Shown here: positions 8,816 through 17,551 of the stretch, in pieces
Layout: each line of letters opens with the position of its first letter
Position numbering within the stretch: the first letter of the stretch is position 1
DNA from: a virus
Taxonomy: Duplodnaviria; Caudoviricetes
Reading direction: 5' to 3' (one strand)
Virus record (IMG/VR): IMGVR_UViG_3300033067_000375
Span: 1-25,886 of that record
DNA: 25,886 nucleotides
Notes under the pieces: generated by a model
Seen by the model: the letters and a program-made list of their open reading frames with translations, nothing else
Database searches by the model: none
What the model was told of the DNA's origin: nothing
Program-made: the position numbers and the translations under genes

Positions 8816-11800
8816 TGCCGATTAGTCTGAACGTTCAGACGAAGCTAGACGACCGCTCCGTTAAGGACGCCTCCGACAAGGCCCAGTCACTGTTCGACAG
8901 CATCGGGCAGTCGGCGGGCGACAGTTTCACTGAGGGCCTTACGCAGGGGATGGGGCGGGCCGGCGAGATTTTCGACGGTGTGTCGCAGGCAGCGACCCGC
9001 ATGGGTGGCGGCATCGAATCGGCGGCACTGCTCGGTGCTGCAGGTATTGCCGCGGTGGGCTATGCGGCCATTAAACTCGGCGAAGATCTGTATTCGGTGG
9101 GTGAGCGGTTCGATTCCATCTTTGACAGTGTGGTCGGGAAAACCGGTCTGGTCGGTCAGGAACTCGACAACCTAGAACAGTCGATTATGCGGGTGGGCAC
9201 CACCACCGCATCATCGTTTGAACAGATCGGCGATATCGCCACTCAGATCACGCAATCCCTGCACATGGTGGGTGATCCACTTGACGATCTGACACAACGC
9301 ATTGCCAACCTGGAACGGATCACCGGTCAGTCGGTGAACATCCGCGAGCTCGGGCAGTTGATGCGCGGATTCAATGAGGATGTGGCCAACACCCCGCAGG
9401 TCCTTAACGAAATGACCGACGCGTTCCAACGTACCGGCATGTCCATCAATGAACAGGTCGAGGCGTTGCGGGGAGTGGGTCCGGTCGCGCGGACTTTGGG
9501 CCTTGATCTTGAGGACACACTGAACCTCATTCTGTCTTTGGAAAAGGGCGGCATCGATCCGGGTGGGGTCACCGCGGGCCTCAATAAGGCTGCGGCGACG
9601 TTCGCTGAACACAACATCAATTTGCAGACCGGTTTGGCTGACACCATCACCCAAATCAAGGGTTACACCGACGCCAGTAAAGCGGCCGCGGCGGCCGGGG
9701 ATGAACTGACGGCATCACAGCAGAACAATGCGGCGGTCAACCTGGCCGGTGATGTGTTCGGCACTCGGAACGCCCAAAAGTTCGTTGACCTCATCCGCGA
9801 CGGCAAGTTGTCCGCTGACGATCTGCATAAGGGTATGGGTCCTATCGGCGACAAGATCACCGAGATGGACAACGCCACCCGGGACTGGGCCGAGAACTGG
9901 CAGATCCTCAAAAACAACGTCACCGCTGTCGCCGAGGAAATCGGCGGCCCACTGTTCAACGTCATCAACGAGGCGTTCGGAACCCTTAACGACTTTTTTT
10001 CGGCGATCATTCAAGGCCCGCCGAAGGTCACCCCCGGTGTTCCCGGCGACACCAGTTCGTCGGGGTTGGGTGATTTGTTGGGTGTTCCCGGTCCTCCCGG
10101 CCCGGGGCAGCCGGGATTCATTGGCCCAGTTATCCCCGGCAGTACGGCGCCACCGAATGCGCCTGTTGGACCTGGCGGCCTTAGTGCAGTTCCGAGTTTC
10201 CTACCGCCGGGGCTGGTCCCGTCGGATCGTCCGCAGGACGCGGCGCCGCCGCAGGATATTGCGGGGGCCATTGCTGACAAGCCGGCCGGCGGTAGCGGCG
10301 GGGTTGGGCCGCAGGTTCCGTATCCGGCGGAGTTCACCGCCGGCCCGATGCCGGGGGAAACCTCCCAGCAGTATCAGACCCGGATCTCACGGATTGAGGC
10401 CGATCACAAAGTCGCGCAAGCCACCGCCGACCTTGAGGCGGTCCGCACCAACGAGAAGCACACCGCCGAGGAACTGCAAAAGGCCGAAAACAATCTCGCT
10501 AAGGCGGTGCAGGCCCGCGAGGCAAACGAACTACGGATCTCCGAACAAAAGGCGAAATCCCCGGAGTTCGATGTCGCCATCCCTTACGCGCCCGGTTATG
10601 GGCAGGTACAGCCGGGGGAGACGACGCAGCAGTACACGGCGCGGCAGGCGGTGATTGAAGCCCAGCACAAGTCGGCTGAGGAATACGCCAAGTTGCGGCA
10701 GATGGAAGCCTCCGGGGTTGCGACTCAGAACGACATCATCAACCAAAAGAACAAAGTCCTCGAAGCCCAGCGAGCCCAGCAGGCCGCCGAAATGCGGCTC
10801 AACGACGTCTACACCAAACAGGTTGAGGACGCCACGAAGGGCATGGACGCGTTGGGCGCCGGCCTGGACAAGGATTTGGGTCTCTCCAAAGGCTTGGCTG
10901 GGTTGGCCGACAACCTGGTGCGTTTCCTGGGCTCGCTGGCCGCCGCCCCCCTGATGGGGCAGTTGAATGCGATCAGCGCGGCCCAAGGTGGGGCGTCGGC
11001 GACCGGTTCGGGGTTGATCGGCATGCTCGGCGCCACCGGCGCGTTCGGCCCCGACTACCAGGTCGGCGGCTACGACACGACGGGCAAACCCTATTCGATG
11101 GCAGCGTTACAAGGCGCAGGCGGTGGGGGTGGCCCCGGTGGTGGCGGGAGGTTGACCATTGGGCAAGTGGATCAACTCGCGGCGCAATTCAGGTTAACGA
11201 AAACCTCTGGCTACCGCAACGAACCCGGTAGCTTTCATGCGACCGGGCTGGCTGGCGATTATGCGGGCAGCCCGGAACAGATGGACGCCTTCGCCAACTT
11301 CATGGCACTCAACTACGGCAACCAACTCAACGAACTCATCCATTCCGGTGGCGGCACCCAATACAACGTTTACAGAGGGCAACTCGGGCCCGTCATCGAC
11401 CAGCCGGGCAGTGTCTACAACTCTGGGCAGGCCGGATACCACGGCAACCACGATCATATTGCCGTCGGATACGGCGGCGGAAACATGCAAGGATTCGCCC
11501 CCGGTGGTCGGCGGTCCGGCAGCGGTCCTTCGGGCATCGCCAACATGATTTACAGCATGGCCCGGCAACGCGGCTACTCCGACCACGACGCCCAATCCAT
11601 CGTCGCCTACGCCATCGGCGAATCAAGCCTTAACCCGATGGCGGGTGGCGGCGTTCAGGGCGGGTCCGGCGATCCGTACGCCGACAACGTCATCGGCCTT
11701 TTCCAGCAGAAACCGGACTTCGCGCGGGCCGGCGGTATCGACCCAACATTGCGGGGCGACCCTTACTACAACACGCTGGCATATCTGAACAACCTCGACA

Positions 11801-12690
11801 GAAACCGCGGCATGCCGATCGAGCAGGCGTTGCCGCGGACCTCGGTGGGTGGCCCGTTGGCGCCGGGAGGCTACCAGCCGTGGGGTCCGTTGATGACCCG
11901 CGCCGGGCAACTCATCGACCCCAACGCCATCAACTACGGCGGCCAACCCCAAACCTACGACACCGGCGGCCCGCTGCCCCCCGGTATCACGGTGGTGCAG
12001 AACAACACCGGCCAGAACGAACACGTTTTCCGCACCGATCAAATCGGGTCGCAAGCCAGAACCCCGCAAACACCGGCAATCATGGGACCAAACATTGCGG
12101 GCGGACCCGGTGGCGGCGGGCCGGCACCCGGCCCCCCACAACCAGGGCCGACGCAGATCGGCGGTGAGGAACCCAAAGCCCAAAACGGGGCGTCTACCGG
12201 TGGCGGAGGCGGCATATTCGGGGCGGCTGTGGGTGCGGGGGCAATGGCTGCCGATGCGTTCGCCCCCGGCTCCGGTGCTGCTGTGCAGATCGCTGGGCAG
12301 GAAATTCAGCGCGCTATCAAGGCCGGCGGTCAGGCCGCCGGTATCGGTGTAGAGGCGTTGATGGAGACGTTCCTACCCACCGGTGCCAGTGAGATCGCCA
12401 ACGACAATTGGGTGACCCGTATTGCCGGGTCGTTCGCCGGGATGGGTCCACAGTTGCCGAACCTGGCGGGGAAGGCCCCGACACCGGTGCCTCAACAGCA
12501 GGCACCCGTGCCGCCGCCGGTGTTCCCCACCGCGCCGGCCGCGAACCAGCCCGGACCTAAGCAAGGCCCGCAAAACGTCACCCTCAATATCAACGGTGTC
12601 AGCCAAGTCGATGACAGTTCCGCGAAATTCCTGGCCGCACAGTCCAGCCAAGCAATCGCCTCAGCAACCATGAACGGGGGAGCACGATGA
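8815..12690 (+). CDS. tape measure protein
   Basis: Longest ORF (1291 aa from the ATG in the TAATG overlap). Ala/Gly-rich helical N-terminal part, follows the chaperones, carries C-terminal hydrolase-like motifs. Confidence 0.93.
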   Translation: MPISLNVQTKLDDRSVKDASDKAQSLFDSIGQSAGDSFTEGLTQGMGRAGEIFDGVSQAATRMGGGIESAALLGAAGIAAVGYAAIKLGEDLYSVGERFDSIFDSVVGKTGLVGQELDNLEQSIMRVGTTTASSFEQIGDIATQITQSLHMVGDPLDDLTQRIANLERITGQSVNIRELGQLMRGFNEDVANTPQVLNEMTDAFQRTGMSINEQVEALRGVGPVARTLGLDLEDTLNLILSLEKGGIDPGGVTAGLNKAAATFAEHNINLQTGLADTITQIKGYTDASKAAAAAGDELTASQQNNAAVNLAGDVFGTRNAQKFVDLIRDGKLSADDLHKGMGPIGDKITEMDNATRDWAENWQILKNNVTAVAEEIGGPLFNVINEAFGTLNDFFSAIIQGPPKVTPGVPGDTSSSGLGDLLGVPGPPGPGQPGFIGPVIPGSTAPPNAPVGPGGLSAVPSFLPPGLVPSDRPQDAAPPQDIAGAIADKPAGGSGGVGPQVPYPAEFTAGPMPGETSQQYQTRISRIEADHKVAQATADLEAVRTNEKHTAEELQKAENNLAKAVQAREANELRISEQKAKSPEFDVAIPYAPGYGQVQPGETTQQYTARQAVIEAQHKSAEEYAKLRQMEASGVATQNDIINQKNKVLEAQRAQQAAEMRLNDVYTKQVEDATKGMDALGAGLDKDLGLSKGLAGLADNLVRFLGSLAAAPLMGQLNAISAAQGGASATGSGLIGMLGATGAFGPDYQVGGYDTTGKPYSMAALQGAGGGGGPGGGGRLTIGQVDQLAAQFRLTKTSGYRNEPGSFHATGLAGDYAGSPEQMDAFANFMALNYGNQLNELIHSGGGTQYNVYRGQLGPVIDQPGSVYNSGQAGYHGNHDHIAVGYGGGNMQGFAPGGRRSGSGPSGIANMIYSMARQRGYSDHDAQSIVAYAIGESSLNPMAGGGVQGGSGDPYADNVIGLFQQKPDFARAGGIDPTLRGDPYYNTLAYLNNLDRNRGMPIEQALPRTSVGGPLAPGGYQPWGPLMTRAGQLIDPNAINYGGQPQTYDTGGPLPPGITVVQNNTGQNEHVFRTDQIGSQARTPQTPAIMGPNIAGGPGGGGPAPGPPQPGPTQIGGEEPKAQNGASTGGGGGIFGAAVGAGAMAADAFAPGSGAAVQIAGQEIQRAIKAGGQAAGIGVEALMETFLPTGASEIANDNWVTRIAGSFAGMGPQLPNLAGKAPTPVPQQQAPVPPPVFPTAPAANQPGPKQGPQNVTLNINGVSQVDDSSAKFLAAQSSQAIASATMNGGAR

Positions 12691-14375
12691 CATTCGGCCC
12701 GTCAGTGCGTTACCCGACCGGGCCGATCACCCCCCACGGCTGCTATGAGCTGATGGCGGGCCGCGTCCCCCACGTCGCCTTGCGCGGCTGGGATGACAGC
12801 ATCGTGTTCAACATGATGGGCCCATTGGCTATTGCTGACCGGACCGTCCCCGAACGGGTCGAACTTCGCGGCATGAAGGGCCTGATCGCGCCGTGGAAAA
12901 TGATCGACCAGAAAGGTGCCACGCAGGACGGCATCAGCTTTGTTGACGCCCTCTACGATCCGATTGAGGTGCAACTTGACGTTACCTGTGTGGGCCGTGA
13001 TCCGGCGCATCTGCGTAAAGTCGTCACCCATCTTGTCAAAGCCATCGACATCAAACAGACGGCGGAACTGTCGTTCTTCACCCAAGAGTCGGGGCGTTGG
13101 TGGGCGCCGGTCCGCTGGCAACGCCCACCTGAGGACAAAATCACCGGCTCCGAGAAACGCACACAGCCGCTAACTCTGTATTTGCGGGCCGATTCCGGGT
13201 TCTGGCAAACCTACCCCCACGTTGACTTGTTTAAGTTCGTCTACGACGACGTGACCGACGAGTTCGCGTTTATGACCGCCGAGGGTGATCCGATCACCGG
13301 GTGGACCACCGCCTATTCGGGTGGCGGGTCCGGTTCGGTTTACACCGACGGTGATCAGGCGGTGTCGACCCTGGCCGGGGTGAAGACGGCGGTGTTGCGC
13401 CGCACCAGCTACACCTCGAGCGGCGACAACATGGTGGTGCAAATACAGTTGGGCACCAACAGCCAACCTTCCTACCCCGATAACACCTTCATTGATTTGT
13501 GGGCGCGGATGGGTACCGGCACCGCCGGCTCCGACGGGATCCGTTGCCGCCTCAGCCAATCCGGGATCAAACTGTCGTCGTTCGCTTCCGGTGTGGAAAC
13601 CGTGATCCGCGAACAGGGCTATGGCGGGTTTTGGTGGTGGTGGTGGTACATCGGCTCCCCGCCACCGTCACCCGGTGAAACCTGGACCCTGATTTGCGGC
13701 ACCGAGGACGACGCCCGCACCTACAAAGTGTTGCGGAATAACTCTGAGGTGTTCACCGCCAAAGAATCGGGCACCACATCGAACCTCGGATCGAACTACC
13801 GCAAAGCCGGGTTCGGCATGGCAACCGGCTCCGGTTTGATCCGCCCACTGGGTGTGCGTCGGTTCGTGGCCGGCGTCAACGCCACCACCGCGCAATCAGG
13901 ATATTTGGAGCGGATCAATGTCGGTGATCAGCCGATGTGGGACCGCTACACCCTGATCGGACCGGGCATGTTCTACATCGCCAACGGCCCATCAAGCCAA
14001 GATTTTGTGAAGATCGGACCCCTGTTGCCCGGTCAGGTGATGCAGGTCCGTACTGATCCCCGTAAACGGGGCATCGTGGACATGTCCGCGAAACCGGTGT
14101 CGACGCAATCGCAAGCCGAATTCAACAAAGCCCTCAACGACTACATGTCGTTCCTGTCGGTGGGTGGTGTGCCGCCGAACGACTCCAAGTTCGGTGTCCT
14201 GACCCCGCAGGGCAACCCGTACCAGTTGATGAAAGGCCGTTTCAACAAGCCGATTCCGCCGCGCTCACCGGGTGCCGCGCTGCTGCCCTACCATGTGGCG
14301 TGCCGCATCGACAACGGTAACCAGAACAGCCAAATCATTGCTACCGGAACACCGCTGCGAAGGTTCCCCTACTGA
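12687..14375 (+). CDS. minor tail protein (distal tail/Dit-like, with inserted beta-rich domain)
   Basis: 562 aa, first gene after tape measure (ATGA overlap). KGATQDG...DALYDP, WWAPVRW and GTPLRRFPY motifs. Confidence 0.85.
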   Translation: MTFGPSVRYPTGPITPHGCYELMAGRVPHVALRGWDDSIVFNMMGPLAIADRTVPERVELRGMKGLIAPWKMIDQKGATQDGISFVDALYDPIEVQLDVTCVGRDPAHLRKVVTHLVKAIDIKQTAELSFFTQESGRWWAPVRWQRPPEDKITGSEKRTQPLTLYLRADSGFWQTYPHVDLFKFVYDDVTDEFAFMTAEGDPITGWTTAYSGGGSGSVYTDGDQAVSTLAGVKTAVLRRTSYTSSGDNMVVQIQLGTNSQPSYPDNTFIDLWARMGTGTAGSDGIRCRLSQSGIKLSSFASGVETVIREQGYGGFWWWWWYIGSPPPSPGETWTLICGTEDDARTYKVLRNNSEVFTAKESGTTSNLGSNYRKAGFGMATGSGLIRPLGVRRFVAGVNATTAQSGYLERINVGDQPMWDRYTLIGPGMFYIANGPSSQDFVKIGPLLPGQVMQVRTDPRKRGIVDMSAKPVSTQSQAEFNKALNDYMSFLSVGGVPPNDSKFGVLTPQGNPYQLMKGRFNKPIPPRSPGAALLPYHVACRIDNGNQNSQIIATGTPLRRFPY

Positions 14376-16702
14376 TGGCGAACACTGCCGGGGGGTTCTA
14401 TTCGTGGGTCGGCCGCAACATCAAAGGCCAGGTGTACGGTGACAACCCGGTCAACGGGCTGCCCCCGAACGAAACTCTCGCCGGCCTGCAACAAACCCTA
14501 ACTTCCAGCGACACAGTGTCGCGGGCTATCGCCGCCGACGAGATCGCCGAATACCGCGAATACTACGACAAAACGTGGGTCATCACGGTTTACGACGCCT
14601 ACTGGCGGCCCCTCGGCGAGCTTGGCGACGACCTGATGGAAATGGTGGGTTCCGACCCCCGCAACAATGTGCCGACCTGCACCTTGAAAATCAAGGGCGG
14701 AAGCCTGTTTGTCCAAAACTTTATGGCGTGCCAACAAACCATGGTTGGCATCACCGTGGAAACCGGCGGTATGCGCCTGGCCTACTATGTCGACACGTTT
14801 GATTGGGAATACAACTCCAATGAGTGGGTGGGTACCGCCCACTGCCTCGGCATCTGGGACGTGCTTAACTACCTCCAAATCTGGCCAAATTGGCTGCTGC
14901 CCATACAGTGTGTCGCTGGTGACACCATCGTTCAGGGTCCAGACGGTGACCACCGAATCGACAAGCTAGCGGAACACGGGCATCCGTTCACGGTATGGTC
15001 AGTAACGCCAGAAGGAAAGCGTGTTGCGGCAACCGCCACACATGCTTTCAAGAAGGGCCGCGCTGAGCTGTTTGAGTACGTTCTAGATGACGGCAGCGCG
15101 ATCAAGGCCACCCACGGGCACAGGTTCCTGACTGACCACGGCTTCGTTCACGGATCAGATGTCGAAATCGGCACCATGATCGCTACGGTGGGGGTTGGCG
15201 AAGAATCCGAACTATGCAACTGTCCGCATCATGGCGCCGCTGGCCTGGTGCGACTCTGCCCCGTGCACGACCTCAAGTCCGCACTAAGACGCACCAGCGA
15301 CGAGGATTATCTGGCTGTACCTAGCGGCGATGGCGTGGTGTATCGGCCCATCGTCAGCATTCAATCAATGGGTGTTGACGACTTTTATGACATGCACGTT
15401 CCCGGCTGGGAGAACTACTTAGCCAACGGATTCTGGTCACACAACACTCAGCTACCCGGACGCGCCATCTTCATCTGGGCATTGCGCACGGTCATCGCGC
15501 AGATGATCGGAGAGGCCGCCCTACGCATACAGGGCGGCATGTGGGAACTGGTCAACAACGCCCTATCACTGAACCTTGATTTCCGGGCCTGGTTCGGCAC
15601 CGCCCTGGTGAATGCCGGCGGGTCATGGTTCGACCGGCTTAAACACCCCATCTACGTGTCCCCAGTCAACCCGCTACTCGACACGTCGCCGCTGGTGGCC
15701 CGCACAGTACGCATGGAGTCCTGCGGATCGGTCATTCAGGACATCACCCGCGCTTACGGTGTCAGTGTCACCGTCGACCTGTGGCTCCCCGGCGATGAGC
15801 AACCCGACGCCTACGCGAAAACCTTTCCGGCACTGACACTTACACAACCCACGTATGTTGTGCGCATTGTCGACCGCTCGCAGATCGTCGGCCCAACGGG
15901 GTTCGTGCTGGACTCCGTCATCCGCACCGTGGTGGATTTGATCGGCTCATTCTTTGGTGAAATCGGTGATGTTGTTCGCACCAACCCCGGCATGTCGGGG
16001 GTGTTCAACTCGCCGCTGTTGGGTGTGAACTATGTGGCTCCGTGGGCGGTCGTCGTCGCCCCGGACCCCGGCGAAAAAGGCTCGGTCGCTAGCTGTAAAT
16101 TGTCGTTCCACACCCCCAAGGGATGGCAGATGATAATCGGGGGCCGGTCACCTGGCTGGCTCAACCACCTCTTTAACTTCATTTTCGGGTGGATCATCGA
16201 CGCGATCTCAATCCTGTTGGGGTTCATAGGAATTCCCAGTTCCCTGCTCGACGGGTTCCTCAATAACGCCATATTCGCGTTTCAACTCATTGAGTTGTAC
16301 GGGCGGCGTGTTCAGGTCGGCCCGTACCATCCGTGCATTGAGGTGATGCACCCGACGAGCTCGGCGCCGTACAACATCGAAACCGTGTTCGCGTTCCTCA
16401 ACGCGTTCTGGGATTCACGCGGCTACGTGTCCGGACAGTTCGTGTTCCGCGACGGCGAAGTGTACAAACTCGGCGTCGACATCTTCCGCGGCGGCCTTGT
16501 CTCCCTCGTCTATGACGGGCGCACAAAACTGTTCACCGACTACGTCGAAAACATCATGTTCCGGTACACCCCAGACGCCCGCGACGTCATGGTCCAAGTC
16601 GGCGACGGCAAAGCCGAAGAAGCCCCCCTGGCCAAACACCAACGATTCATCAGCTCGGTCATCGAAGCTGTAAACACCATCACCATGGCCCCCCAATCCT
16701 AG
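14375..16702 (+). CDS. minor tail protein (baseplate hub-like) containing an intein
   Basis: 775-aa precursor, 596 aa after removing the intein. Second gene after tape measure. RTVRME, IIGGRSPGWLN and TDYVENI motifs. Confidence 0.88.
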   Translation: MANTAGGFYSWVGRNIKGQVYGDNPVNGLPPNETLAGLQQTLTSSDTVSRAIAADEIAEYREYYDKTWVITVYDAYWRPLGELGDDLMEMVGSDPRNNVPTCTLKIKGGSLFVQNFMACQQTMVGITVETGGMRLAYYVDTFDWEYNSNEWVGTAHCLGIWDVLNYLQIWPNWLLPIQCVAGDTIVQGPDGDHRIDKLAEHGHPFTVWSVTPEGKRVAATATHAFKKGRAELFEYVLDDGSAIKATHGHRFLTDHGFVHGSDVEIGTMIATVGVGEESELCNCPHHGAAGLVRLCPVHDLKSALRRTSDEDYLAVPSGDGVVYRPIVSIQSMGVDDFYDMHVPGWENYLANGFWSHNTQLPGRAIFIWALRTVIAQMIGEAALRIQGGMWELVNNALSLNLDFRAWFGTALVNAGGSWFDRLKHPIYVSPVNPLLDTSPLVARTVRMESCGSVIQDITRAYGVSVTVDLWLPGDEQPDAYAKTFPALTLTQPTYVVRIVDRSQIVGPTGFVLDSVIRTVVDLIGSFFGEIGDVVRTNPGMSGVFNSPLLGVNYVAPWAVVVAPDPGEKGSVASCKLSFHTPKGWQMIIGGRSPGWLNHLFNFIFGWIIDAISILLGFIGIPSSLLDGFLNNAIFAFQLIELYGRRVQVGPYHPCIEVMHPTSSAPYNIETVFAFLNAFWDSRGYVSGQFVFRDGEVYKLGVDIFRGGLVSLVYDGRTKLFTDYVENIMFRYTPDARDVMVQVGDGKAEEAPLAKHQRFISSVIEAVNTITMAPQS
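14909..15445 (+). mobile_element. mini-intein (Hint domain, no homing endonuclease), 179 aa
   Basis: Block A CVAGDTIV (Cys1), block B IKATHGHRFLT (TxxH), block F FYDMHVPGWENYLANG, block G WSHN followed by Thr(+1). Confidence 0.93.
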
Positions 16703-16717
16703 AGGGAGACAACAACA

Positions 16718-17551
16718 ATGCCGACCACCACATGGAACACCACCACCATCGACGGCAAAGAATACTTGGTGATCGACAGCACCCAATTCCGTGTGCCCCT
16801 AGACTGGGACGCGAGCTCCTCAATGTTCATCGCTGTCGCATCACCAACCGGCGGCCTCGGTTCATTCCCGGCCCTGGTCAAGGGCGACACCGGTGACACC
16901 CCCACCCTGTCGAACGTGAATTTCACGGTGTTGGAGGCGGATGATCCTACGGCCGACTCGGCGTCATGGACCGAGACCGCCCCCGGTGTCTACGACCTCG
17001 ACCTCGTTCTGCACAAAGGGCCGCAGGGCGATTCGGGAGATACGATCCTCACCCCATCCGATTTCGGAACCCCGGTGGCCGGCCGGATGCTGGTGGTGAA
17101 CGCGACTCTTGACGATATGGAATTACAGGCGCCGAAGGTGGGGGACCGCTACGTTCCCGGCGCTATCGCGAACTGCCCCTACGGAAACCCGAACTACACC
17201 CTGTGCGCGGTGAGCATTCCGGCGCAGGCGTTTGACTGGCGGCCCGAAGTGTCGGGCACGTGTTGGATTCACCACACGGCGTTGGGGGTGCGGGTGGATT
17301 TGGTGGCCCGTTTGAATGATGAAACCTCCGGCCCGATTGTGGGGCGCGGTTTCGGCTACACCGCGATCGGTTATGAGATTCAAACCATTTCATCGGGTCC
17401 ACCCCCTGCGGCGTCGGCCACCTATGACAAGGTGTCGGCGGGTAGCGCGGCGACGGTGTATCTGCGGCTGGAACGGCAGGCCGGCGCGGGCACGTACGAA
17501 ACATTCGGGGATACCACCCGGTTCTGTGTGTGGGTGCGCCCGATCCCATGA
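16718..17551 (+). CDS. minor tail protein
   Basis: 277 aa, SD GAGGGAG. Short Gly-X-Y patches (KGDTGDTP, KGPQGDSG), IPAQAFDWRPEVSG and RVDLVARLN motifs. Confidence 0.8.
   Translation: MPTTTWNTTTIDGKEYLVIDSTQFRVPLDWDASSSMFIAVASPTGGLGSFPALVKGDTGDTPTLSNVNFTVLEADDPTADSASWTETAPGVYDLDLVLHKGPQGDSGDTILTPSDFGTPVAGRMLVVNATLDDMELQAPKVGDRYVPGAIANCPYGNPNYTLCAVSIPAQAFDWRPEVSGTCWIHHTALGVRVDLVARLNDETSGPIVGRGFGYTAIGYEIQTISSGPPPAASATYDKVSAGSAATVYLRLERQAGAGTYETFGDTTRFCVWVRPIP

Noticed and set aside
10018-10312. Pro/Gly-rich stretch in the tape measure resembling collagen or PE-PGRS
   Set aside because: No sustained Gly-X-Y or PGRS periodicity; treated as a low-complexity linker.
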